Assembly (NCBI GenBank): GCA_949840465.1
Contig: CATKXE010000006.1
Location: forward strand, 964-64,963
Length of the DNA stretch: 64,000 bases
From: an uncultured Lachnospiraceae bacterium
Lineage (GTDB): Bacteria; Bacillota; Clostridia; Lachnospirales; Lachnospiraceae
Reading direction: 5' to 3'
Made by a program: the position numbers and the translations under genes. Shown here one piece after another: positions 47,803 through 56,622 of the stretch. The notes beneath the pieces were generated by a model. That model searched no databases. It saw only the letters and a list, made by a program, of their open reading frames with translations, and had not been told where the DNA came from. Numbering within the stretch: position 1 is the first letter of the stretch; the number at the start of each line of letters is the position of its first letter.

Positions 47803-48795
47803 CTAACCCAAATTTCCGGTAAATCTCTGCTTCATTGTCCACAGTATTCTAAACGGCGGGAAATAGAAACATCCATAAAACAGCAACTTTGTTCTTCCTG
47901 GGAGCTGCCTGTATAAAGGGTGCCTGATTTCCGTCATCATCATCCTTCTGAAATGATAACAGCTTTCTCTGTCCTTTTTTCTTTTCGCTGCCAGATACTC
48001 TGATAAGATTCCCCATACGATCTTATTTCCCCACTTTAGCGCCCAACGATCGTGTCCCATATCATATTCCTGAATTTTTATCCTTTCACATACCCGGAAA
48101 AACTGGAAATTTTTATCCCCCTCATCTGAATGCATCAGACTGCCCTGGCGCATCCTGTAAAAATACCCTGCGTCATCCAAATAAGCCATCCTCATCCCTT
48201 TACATGCCAGGCTGTGTATAAATATGGTATCTTCTCCTCTTAAAAGACCCTCGTCAAACTTTCGTTTTTCTATCATATCCCGGCGTATCATTTTGCCTCC
48301 GATTCGGGATAATTCGTGTCCGAATTTACAATGGAACCATTCTCCCGACTCCTCTTTCTCTCCAATTTTCCACGTCCCCTTTAACTCTTCTTCGGACATC
48401 CTCCTGGCTTCCTGTTCCATTTTCAAATCATCAAGTTGTATACAGATACAGAATGCCAGGTCTATATGGTGTGATTCCGCCTGCCGGACATATTGTTCCA
48501 ACAGGCATGGATGGAGCATGTCGTCACTGTCCAGAAAAAAAATATATTTGCCGGACGCTTCTTCCAATCCCCTGTTCCTCGCAGACGACACCCCTTTTCT
48601 TTCCTGGCTTAATATCTTTATTCTTCTGTCATGTAAGCGGAACTCCCTGCATATATCCAGACTCTGATCCGTGGAGCCGTCATCTACCACCAGAATCTCC
48701 AGACAATGATAAGTCTGGCTGAGCACCGATTCAAGGCATTGCATAATATAGGCTTCCGCATTATACATTGGGATAATTACTGATACCTTTATCAT
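47803..48795 (-). CDS. GT2 glycosyltransferase
   Basis: VIIPMYN, VVDDGSTD, SARNRG, FLDSDD. Confidence 0.92.
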   Translation of the reverse strand: MIKVSVIIPMYNAEAYIMQCLESVLSQTYHCLEILVVDDGSTDQSLDICREFRLHDRRIKILSQERKGVSSARNRGLEEASGKYIFFLDSDDMLHPCLLEQYVRQAESHHIDLAFCICIQLDDLKMEQEARRMSEEELKGTWKIGEKEESGEWFHCKFGHELSRIGGKMIRRDMIEKRKFDEGLLRGEDTIFIHSLACKGMRMAYLDDAGYFYRMRQGSLMHSDEGDKNFQFFRVCERIKIQEYDMGHDRWALKWGNKIVWGILSEYLAAKRKKDRESCYHFRRMMMTEIRHPLYRQLPGRTKLLFYGCFYFPPFRILWTMKQRFTGNLG

Positions 48796-48819
48796 ACGTC
48801 CTCCAACTATTGTTTAATT

Positions 48820-49962
48820 TCAAAATAATATAACCGCTTTTTCCATCCACTCCAGAATCCGGTAACTTATTTTACATATCACTTCCACCGTTCCATAACA
48901 TCTGATCCTGTAAAAGAACAAAAGCACCCTTCTCGGCATGGGACCCATTTTCCGGTTGTACCTCATCGCTTCATTATAAATTTTATTTTTCTGCATTGCC
49001 CGGCATAGCCTGCGGTTTTCTAATCTGTTTCTGGGACTATATGGATGAAAAATTCCTTTGATCAGAACATCCGCCATGCCAAAAAGCACCATATTGTAAT
49101 ATGCCCTTTCCATTCGATGAAAGAGGCCAAACCTGTGCAGCATATTCTTCAAACATTTCTGGTATTTCAGGTTATTTTTCAGAAAGCCCCTATGAAACCT
49201 GTGCATCGCCGAGTCCGGCCGTATCTGTACAAAACAGGCTGTTGTCTGCATATATGCAAAAGACTCTGTATTCATAAAATACTCCAGATTAAAAAGCCGG
49301 TCTTCCCCCAGCACAATATCCTCCGGAAAACGAATGGAACCCCTGTCTATCACGGATTTTCTGTACGCCTTGGCACAGGGAGAAATCAGGTTTGTGCCGC
49401 CGCCTTTTACCAGTTGTCTGCCATACAGCAAATTTTCAGCCAGTTTCAGCTTATTCTTTTCCTGATGCCTCATCGGACGAAGTCCGCCTGTCCCGCAGGG
49501 GCATGGATTGCGGAATGCCTTTTGGGTATCCCTTATCGGACGCAGCCCGCCCGCTCCAGTGAAACATGCATTGCGAAAGTTACTTTTCTCGTCTTTTTTC
49601 TTCAGCAACGCATAATCGAAAATCAGAAGGTCACAACGGTGGTTTTCTTTTCGCAGAATCCAATTAAAAAAATCAGCAGAGATTACATCATCCGAATCTA
49701 CAAATACAATCCATTCTCCCCGGCTCTCATCGATCCCCCTGTTTCTCGCGGCAGATACTCCCTGATGTTCCTGATCGAAAAACCTGACGCGGCTGTCGCT
49801 CCTGGAATACCTCCTGCAGATTTCAGGGCTGGAATCACTGGAACCGTCATTTACTAAAATCAATTCAAAATCCTGGCAGGAAGAATGCAATACAGAATCA
49901 ATACATCTTCCCAAATACCCTGCCGTATTATAAACAGGCACAATGACTGAAATCATGAACAT
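48820..49962 (-). CDS. GT2 glycosyltransferase carrying an in-frame repeat insertion
   Basis: VIVPVYN, FVDSDD, GEDRLFN. Internal 21-aa-period duplication FRNACFTGAGGLRPIR / FRNPCPCGTGGLRPMR. Confidence 0.9.
   Translation of the reverse strand: MFMISVIVPVYNTAGYLGRCIDSVLHSSCQDFELILVNDGSSDSSPEICRRYSRSDSRVRFFDQEHQGVSAARNRGIDESRGEWIVFVDSDDVISADFFNWILRKENHRCDLLIFDYALLKKKDEKSNFRNACFTGAGGLRPIRDTQKAFRNPCPCGTGGLRPMRHQEKNKLKLAENLLYGRQLVKGGGTNLISPCAKAYRKSVIDRGSIRFPEDIVLGEDRLFNLEYFMNTESFAYMQTTACFVQIRPDSAMHRFHRGFLKNNLKYQKCLKNMLHRFGLFHRMERAYYNMVLFGMADVLIKGIFHPYSPRNRLENRRLCRAMQKNKIYNEAMRYNRKMGPMPRRVLLFFYRIRCYGTVEVICKISYRILEWMEKAVILF
49473..49578. repeat. 63-bp-period palindromic repeat element, intragenic copy
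   Basis: tcggacgaagtccgcctgtcccgcaggggcatggattgcggaatgccttttgggtatcc aligns without gaps to 7066-7125. A second partial unit starts exactly 63 bp later, at 49536. Confidence 0.85.
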
Positions 49963-49973
49963 CCTCTTTCCCA

Positions 49974-51002
49974 TTATCCCGGCAAAATCACCCTGCCAAC
50001 GGTCTTTGCCAGAAGCCGCCCAAGTTCCGGCGCTTTCCTCACAACCCACATTGCAGCCTTTTGATAGCCCGCAGTCTTTGGAGAGGCCATAAACAGATCT
50101 GCATACCGCTCCAATTCCTCCATACAGATCTTCCAGCTTTCACAGTCCGGTGAGAAATCCGCCTTTTTACACCGCAATGCCTCTTCATACCAAAAGGCCA
50201 TGAACCGGAATGCATACTGTAATTGATGCGCCGTCAATTTTCCATTGCCGGCCTGCTCGCCTGTCTGCAGGATCCAGTTCATTGCCTGGCATAGTTCATC
50301 CACGGTACGTGTCTGCGACGTCAGGCTTCCCGCGTGTTTACAGTAGAATACGCCATAGAAGGGGATCACCTCCATCCATCCGTCACATCGGCTGAGGTAT
50401 CTGCATATAAATACAAAATCTTCAAACTCCGCCAATTCTTCCGGAAACTCTACCAGCAGGCATCCCTGCCTGTCCAGAATTTTTTCACGGCGGAACAAAA
50501 CCGGGCAGACGCTCATCAAAATCTGTTCCCACATCACTAATTCCAAAGCCGTCTCAGGACATTGACGGTACTGCCTCTTCAACGGATACTGCCAGTGCGC
50601 CGGATTTCCATTTTTATCGCAGATCTGCCGCCCGCAGGCCGCCAGATCATTTCCTTTCAGAAGGCTTTCGGCCAGCCGCTCGATCATCTGCGGGTGCAGC
50701 ATGTCATCTGCGTCCATAAAACCGATAAACTGTCCTTTCGCAAGCTGAAGCCCGGCATTGCGCGCGCACGCAGGGCCGCCATGCGATATATTGATTAATT
50801 CGATTACCGGCCCGGCTTTCTCTTTTGTTTTCTCTATAAACTGCCTGACAATCTCCTCCGTCCTGTCAGTAGAGCCGTCGTTCACCACAATCACCTCATA
50901 ATTACGGTAAGTAGAAGCAAGAATACTTTCTATACAGCGCCCGATCCTCTGTTCCTGCTGATACGCCGGTATAATGATTGAAACGAATCTATCCATCTTC
51001 AT
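49974..51002 (-). CDS. GT2 glycosyltransferase
   Basis: IIIPAY, VNDGSTD, ARNAG, FMDADD. Confidence 0.92.
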   Translation of the reverse strand: MKMDRFVSIIIPAYQQEQRIGRCIESILASTYRNYEVIVVNDGSTDRTEEIVRQFIEKTKEKAGPVIELINISHGGPACARNAGLQLAKGQFIGFMDADDMLHPQMIERLAESLLKGNDLAACGRQICDKNGNPAHWQYPLKRQYRQCPETALELVMWEQILMSVCPVLFRREKILDRQGCLLVEFPEELAEFEDFVFICRYLSRCDGWMEVIPFYGVFYCKHAGSLTSQTRTVDELCQAMNWILQTGEQAGNGKLTAHQLQYAFRFMAFWYEEALRCKKADFSPDCESWKICMEELERYADLFMASPKTAGYQKAAMWVVRKAPELGRLLAKTVGRVILPG

Positions 51003-51032
51003 TGCCTCCGGTACTGAAAAATACTTTTTGCC

Positions 51033-52424
51033 TCAGGTACAAGCCAAAGACCCCGCCGCCGGCCGGGTTTCCTGTTTCTCCATCCCATTCCTGCCATCTT
51101 CCGTACTCAGGCGTCCTAACATCGTTCTTCCTCCCACATCGGATCTATTTGCGAAGCGAATCAATGCGCCGTCATTTTTCCTCCTTGCTTCCAGAAACAG
51201 CTCTCCATTATAAACCTCCGCTACACAGGAAAGCCGCCTTGTTTCCCCGCTTCTCCACCCGTTCATTCGGCTTTCCAGTATTTCGGCACAACATTTTCCA
51301 TTCCCGTCCCTATATTCCAGCCGGATCTCACCTTCCTGATAAAATGCGGCAAATCCGGTATTTTCTATCTCAATTTCGATGCAATATTCTCCGTTTCCTT
51401 TTCCGGCTCTGTGTACATCCACTTTCCGGATTAAAAAGCGGTATCCCAGATGCGCCCCTACATAATCAAACACGCTCTTTCCCGCCCAAATCCCGGTTCC
51501 CGGATATTTCCACTCTTTCCACAGATCCAAGACCCTTGTATCATGAATCCGGTTCAGATATGTAATCTGCATCTGCCGCAGATCTGCTATAACCTTTTTC
51601 GGTGTAAGCCGCTTTATATATCCATTGTGGTATACCGCTTCTCCGCCGTTGGGCGCCAGCCTGCATAGTTCCTGCTCAAATGCCAGTTCCTGTTCCCGCT
51701 GCCAGGGCTCGTTCCATATCTTTTCTTCTTGCCCTCCCTCTGCAAACGTTCCCATATGGCTTGCTGAACCAAACATCCCGTCATCGAATAGCCCCATTTT
51801 ATCTGTGCAGGACAACGCCCCCTCTTTTTGCCCCTCATGTAATCTGCGCCAGTATACGGGACGCCTTACTTCCAGAAATGTCTGCTCCCCTTTCTGCATG
51901 GAAAGTATTTTTGACAACTCAGCCATCCTGCGCGTATCTAAAAACCGGGAACCGTGCATCTCTCCCCAATTCCCCAACAGCATTCCCTGAAACACGAAAA
52001 CAGAAGGGGCGCTAAGAGCGATTACACCGCCAATCTGCCGCAAATGAGCCTGCACCACAGCAAAATCCACAGGCTCGCGGACAAGCGCCCTTCCTTCATG
52101 ATCATACACCGCCCTTACAATGCAGTCATACCGGTTTTCCGCAAAAAAAGAGAGAATACGGCAGATCCGCTCCAACACCTGGCTGTCCAGGTTCTTTGCA
52201 CGAAAATGTCCAATATCAATCAGTACAAGAGCCAGCGTATCTTCCCGGTTCAGGCACCATTTCTGCTCTTCAAAGTCCGGCTCCTCGTCCGCCGGAAACG
52301 TATAAATCTGATACCATCCTCTGGCCGGATTTATGAATGCTTCTGTGGTTTCTCTCAAATCGCTTTGCTCAAAATTCCATTTTCTGCCCTTTATTTTTAA
52401 CCTTTCAAACAGATTGGCCAACAC
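51033..52424 (-). CDS. DUF4874/DUF4832-like protein, putative glycoside hydrolase
   Basis: INPARGWY, GNWGEMH, GLFDDG, NGGE, HLGYRF, IENTGFA. Family call is from recall. Confidence 0.65.
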   Translation of the reverse strand: MLANLFERLKIKGRKWNFEQSDLRETTEAFINPARGWYQIYTFPADEEPDFEEQKWCLNREDTLALVLIDIGHFRAKNLDSQVLERICRILSFFAENRYDCIVRAVYDHEGRALVREPVDFAVVQAHLRQIGGVIALSAPSVFVFQGMLLGNWGEMHGSRFLDTRRMAELSKILSMQKGEQTFLEVRRPVYWRRLHEGQKEGALSCTDKMGLFDDGMFGSASHMGTFAEGGQEEKIWNEPWQREQELAFEQELCRLAPNGGEAVYHNGYIKRLTPKKVIADLRQMQITYLNRIHDTRVLDLWKEWKYPGTGIWAGKSVFDYVGAHLGYRFLIRKVDVHRAGKGNGEYCIEIEIENTGFAAFYQEGEIRLEYRDGNGKCCAEILESRMNGWRSGETRRLSCVAEVYNGELFLEARRKNDGALIRFANRSDVGGRTMLGRLSTEDGRNGMEKQETRPAAGSLACT

Positions 52425-52450
52425 TGCATTTTCACCTTCTCATTACTGTT

Positions 52451-53215
52451 TTACCTGATTTCCGGAGGCAGATCCACCTTTAAGATCTTTGTGCGGAAAA
52501 CCACCGTCAACATACTGAACAACATCCGAAGCATGTACCAGACCGGTTTCAAACCGCTATGCATACTGTCCTCATTTTCCCTTTTATGCATCACTGCGGG
52601 AATTTCCTCTACCCGATACCCCAGCAAAAGCATTTGCATGAGCATATTGGCATCCGGGTATTTGTCGTCAAAATGGTTATACTCCGAATAGTAACCGAAA
52701 GCCCTTCGGTTAAGCCCCTGCAAACCGGTCGTAGGATCTGCGATATACCTTCCTGTGGCCTGTCTGATCAAAAACCGGAACAGGATAAAAGCAGTCTTTT
52801 TAAGCAATGAAACGGGAAAAACAGAACTCCCTTTCATAAATCTGGCTCCCAATACAATATCCGGCTTTTCTGTATTTTTTTCGTTCCCTTTCAATGCCTC
52901 ATATATCACAGGGATATTGCAGGCGTCGTGCTGCCCGTCGGCATCCATCTGGATTACATACTGATAGTTCCGGCGCACTGCATATTTATATCCCAACTGT
53001 AACGCGCTCCCATATCCCAGATTGTAGATATGCGCAATCAGCCCATACCGCCTCTCTCTTACAATCCTTCCTGTATCGTCGGATGAGGCGTCGTCAACGA
53101 CCAGAATATCAGCGATTGCAGGAATATGCTTTTTCTCAAGCTGGTCAAATACTTTGACAATATTTTTTTCTTCATTATAAGCCGGTATAATGATCAATAA
53201 CTCTTTCCTATGCAT
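52451..53215 (-). CDS. GT2, DPM-synthase/GacI-like polyprenol-phosphate glycosyltransferase
   Basis: IIIPAYNEE, VDDASSD, NLGYGSALQLG, QMDADGQH, DIVLGARF, DPTTG. Confidence 0.85.
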   Translation of the reverse strand: MHRKELLIIIPAYNEEKNIVKVFDQLEKKHIPAIADILVVDDASSDDTGRIVRERRYGLIAHIYNLGYGSALQLGYKYAVRRNYQYVIQMDADGQHDACNIPVIYEALKGNEKNTEKPDIVLGARFMKGSSVFPVSLLKKTAFILFRFLIRQATGRYIADPTTGLQGLNRRAFGYYSEYNHFDDKYPDANMLMQMLLLGYRVEEIPAVMHKRENEDSMHSGLKPVWYMLRMLFSMLTVVFRTKILKVDLPPEIR

Positions 53216-53285
53216 TGCTCTTATATCTGCCCTCCATTTTAGCTGCTGCCCGGATCCTGGCCTGATGAACGGAAAAAACGCCTCC

Positions 53286-54491
53286 TTATTCCATCAGCTC
53301 CCAAAATAGCTCCATCTCTGTCCCGCAGGAGATGCTTTTTTTCCCGGCGTCTTTTCCAAGCGTTTTTCTTTTTACCTCATCTAGATACAATGCTTCAATC
53401 TTTTCTGCCACCGCAAAAGGAGTCAATTCGCACAAAAGCCCGTCCTTCCCATCCTCTATCTGTTCCCTGTTGCCATTACAATCGGAAGCAACCACTGCGC
53501 ATCCCAATATCTGCGCTTCCTGTATGGCAATACTTTTTCCTTCAAACCTTGTAGCATGCACGTACAGGTCAGCCTGAACATAATACGGGTACGGATTCTC
53601 TTTCTGCCCCAGAAGCAAAAAATCTTCTTCCAGCCTCAGCTTTCGAATTTTTTTCATCAAAGCCTTTTTCTGGTCTCCCTCGCCCAGAACATACCATCGA
53701 ATCTCATAGTTTTTTCTTTTTAAAATCTCCATCGCTTCTATGGCAATATCAAACCCTTTCTGCCAGACAAGCCGTCCCACAGAAAGGATACGGAACCCCT
53801 GATATCCATCTGAAAATCCTCCCTTTTCCCGGCCTTTCATACGGATAAAATTCTGGTCGAGGATGTTGTGGAACACTCGGACCTTCTCTGCATATTCTCC
53901 ATAAACATTTAAAAAATGCTTCTTTGTTTCCTCAGATACAGTAAAAATTTCTGTATATTTTCTAAAACAGTCCTGATCCGCCACGCTCGTGTAACCTGCA
54001 TTCTCATATTCGATATGAATCAATGCGATCTTCCTGCGCGCATTTACATGATCTGCCACATAATACGCTGCACCGCCTTCTATCCACGCCACCGCCAAAT
54101 CAAAGGAAATGTCAAACCGCTCTGCACCGTCTGATATGACCCGCCAGAACAATTTATCCATCTGGATCCTCTTTTTTCTTAACATGCCTGCAAATGTTCT
54201 TACAGTATAAGATACTTTGTAAAAAAACTTTCCGTTTTTCACGAAGGACCACATCACGGTTTTCATCAGTATCCATCTGCCCCTGCCTGTCAGGACAGAC
54301 TGTTTACTGAATACCGGATTTAAAAGCTTTACGTGGTCTGGCAACCTTCCGATCATTTCTCCCTGCCCTGTAAGCACATAGAGGAACACTTCATATTCCT
54401 GTCTGTCCAGCTTTCTTAAGAATTCCAGCAGAGCATTCTCAGCTCCTGCCTGGCTCAGCGTATTGATCACGAACAGCAGCTTTTTCTTCAT
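53286..54491 (-). CDS. GT4 glycosyltransferase
   Basis: SVGRLVWQKG, EX7E motif EGKSIAIQE, VVASD. Confidence 0.92.
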   Translation of the reverse strand: MKKKLLFVINTLSQAGAENALLEFLRKLDRQEYEVFLYVLTGQGEMIGRLPDHVKLLNPVFSKQSVLTGRGRWILMKTVMWSFVKNGKFFYKVSYTVRTFAGMLRKKRIQMDKLFWRVISDGAERFDISFDLAVAWIEGGAAYYVADHVNARRKIALIHIEYENAGYTSVADQDCFRKYTEIFTVSEETKKHFLNVYGEYAEKVRVFHNILDQNFIRMKGREKGGFSDGYQGFRILSVGRLVWQKGFDIAIEAMEILKRKNYEIRWYVLGEGDQKKALMKKIRKLRLEEDFLLLGQKENPYPYYVQADLYVHATRFEGKSIAIQEAQILGCAVVASDCNGNREQIEDGKDGLLCELTPFAVAEKIEALYLDEVKRKTLGKDAGKKSISCGTEMELFWELME

Positions 54492-54870
54492 ATTTTTCCA
54501 TCCTGTCTGCCAACTCTTCCAACTGCTGTATCAGTTTTTCATTCTCCTGGATAAGCAGGGATACCTGTATGGCAATCTCCTGATTTTTCATAGTAATACG
54601 TGAGGCCAACAGGCTGAGCTGAAAGCCTCCCCACAGACCAACAGCCCCCACGACGGACAGCCCCAGTCCTGCTTCCACGGAAATCAGGCGTGCCCAGGAT
54701 GAGAATACCGGCACATTTCCGATCACCACCAATATCACACCCAGAATCGCCCATATTACAGCCAGATTCACCGTCATTTTCCTGACGGAATGATACCAGA
54801 AACTGGCGCACATCACCAGAATACCTGCTGCGGTAATTCCATATTTTATTATCTCAGACGTTTCCATCAT
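54439..54870 (-). CDS. DUF2304 (GacJ-like) small membrane protein
   Basis: Three TM helices plus C-terminal coiled coil KNQEIAIQVSLL. Confidence 0.75.
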   Translation of the reverse strand: MMETSEIIKYGITAAGILVMCASFWYHSVRKMTVNLAVIWAILGVILVVIGNVPVFSSWARLISVEAGLGLSVVGAVGLWGGFQLSLLASRITMKNQEIAIQVSLLIQENEKLIQQLEELADRMEKYEEKAAVRDQYAEPGRS

Positions 54871-54914
54871 TGATCTGCCGTTCCCTTCTGCTGTCTTTCC
54901 ATGGCAGAGTCTTC

Positions 54915-56576
54915 TTACGTTTCCTCTGCCGGAACCCCTGACAGCATCTCCCTGTTTTTTTCTTCATTGCCCGCAGGAGAACAATCCTTTGCCCGTATGA
55001 CAAAATAATAGGTTTCCCCGGCATCCAGATTCCTGACCACCGCCTCATAGGGGTATGTATCCTCTCCCGCACCGTAACCGTAACCTTCTCCCACCTCTGG
55101 AACCAGCTCTGTCTTCTGCGCATTTTCCAGATCAGCATCCTCTTCAAAATCAAATGGCTCTTTCTGATAATAAAGGGTATAAGCCACTCCGCTCTTATCA
55201 ACAGCCACATCCCACCGCACGATCATGCCGTTTTCAACCGGTTCCGTCTGTCCGATTCCAACCCGCGGTTTGGGTTCCTCATAGATGGAATCGTTATGGA
55301 CGCTGCTCCAGACCGGCGGGAGAAGATCCTTCTCCTCCTCATGATCCAGTACAAAATCATTTACCATCAACAGCGCGCCATCTGTAATGTAATGTGAAAA
55401 GCCAGCTCCATTTTGAGCCTGATCCATATCCTCCATGAGAATATCCAATCCTGCTTCTGAGTCTCCAAGCAGCGTCTCTTTTAACCGGTACTCCTCTGGT
55501 CCTTCCGCGTATCCCAGAGACAGCACCTTAAATCCATCCGGGCGGTTGGCTTCCGCTGTAATTTTAGGCGCATATACATTTTTGTTTTCTTCAAAATACC
55601 CTTCATAGTACAAAATTTCACTGGACGAATCCAGCATATAACTTTCATACAGAAGAAAATCAATATATTTTCCAGGCTCATAATCAAAATGCGGCAGATT
55701 ATAATTATAGAAAAAAAGCCCTCTGTTCTGCAGGACATATTTGTCTGCATACTCGTCTTTTAATCGTTTTATGAAATCCACCACTCCCGGCGCGGTCCAT
55801 TCAAACCTGGTTCTGGCCGGGTCGTCGTCATCCCTCGTATATTTGTTGGGCGCGCATGTATCGATTGTATCCAAAAACAGGCCGTCACAGCCCAGCCCCC
55901 GTCCATAGTCAGCGGTCAGTATTTCCCGGATTCCCGGTATCCTGTCCGCTCCGTCCATCAGCATATCGTTCAGTTCATCATACCAGGCCGGATCACCGAT
56001 ATTGGTATAAGCACAGCCAAAATTCGGGTTGAAGTCCGGTTTGCCGTCATGATCATTGTCATCCAGATAATAGGATGCGTACCCGTCTCCTTCCAGGGAA
56101 GCGCTGCCTGATAAATCCACATTGTCCAGGCTATCATCCCCCTCTTTACGCGGGTCAGTCCGCGGACCTGTCTGATTACCAGTAAACCGGCTGTCCTGCC
56201 TCATTTCCTCCGGGGTCATTCCCGCTGTCCTTAAATCCTCTCCCACAGACAGGTATCCTAAGACACAGGTTCCAGATTCCTGAATCTTCTGTACCTGTTC
56301 ACGGGTGATATTCCCACCCTTCGGATGCAGTATTGCAATATCATATTGCTGCATTTGTGTAATAAGGGCATCATTCAGCTCCCCATAGTAAATGATGTAT
56401 GAAGGATGGCCTTTTTGAACCTGGTCTTTTTGCTGTTCCGTCGCCGGTTTTTGGTCTGGTACCGATCGCTGTTCCATCAGACGAAAACACCCGCCCAACA
56501 AAAGAACCCCCATAAAAAGAAGGTTTCCAATCCTGAAGATTGTCCGATAGCTGATATGGATCTGCTTCTTTTTCAT
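54915..56576 (-). CDS. GH114/PelA-hydrolase-like endo-alpha-1,4-polygalactosaminidase with C-terminal FN3-like domain
   Basis: N-terminal TM/signal, IYYG, GYLSVGED, DGLFLDTID, QNRG, LLYES; tail YYFVIRAKD. Confidence 0.75.
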   Translation of the reverse strand: MKKKQIHISYRTIFRIGNLLFMGVLLLGGCFRLMEQRSVPDQKPATEQQKDQVQKGHPSYIIYYGELNDALITQMQQYDIAILHPKGGNITREQVQKIQESGTCVLGYLSVGEDLRTAGMTPEEMRQDSRFTGNQTGPRTDPRKEGDDSLDNVDLSGSASLEGDGYASYYLDDNDHDGKPDFNPNFGCAYTNIGDPAWYDELNDMLMDGADRIPGIREILTADYGRGLGCDGLFLDTIDTCAPNKYTRDDDDPARTRFEWTAPGVVDFIKRLKDEYADKYVLQNRGLFFYNYNLPHFDYEPGKYIDFLLYESYMLDSSSEILYYEGYFEENKNVYAPKITAEANRPDGFKVLSLGYAEGPEEYRLKETLLGDSEAGLDILMEDMDQAQNGAGFSHYITDGALLMVNDFVLDHEEEKDLLPPVWSSVHNDSIYEEPKPRVGIGQTEPVENGMIVRWDVAVDKSGVAYTLYYQKEPFDFEEDADLENAQKTELVPEVGEGYGYGAGEDTYPYEAVVRNLDAGETYYFVIRAKDCSPAGNEEKNREMLSGVPAEET

Positions 56577-56622
56577 ACGGTTACCGCCCCTTTCTCAATT
56601 TCTGCAAATTCATTACAATCCT

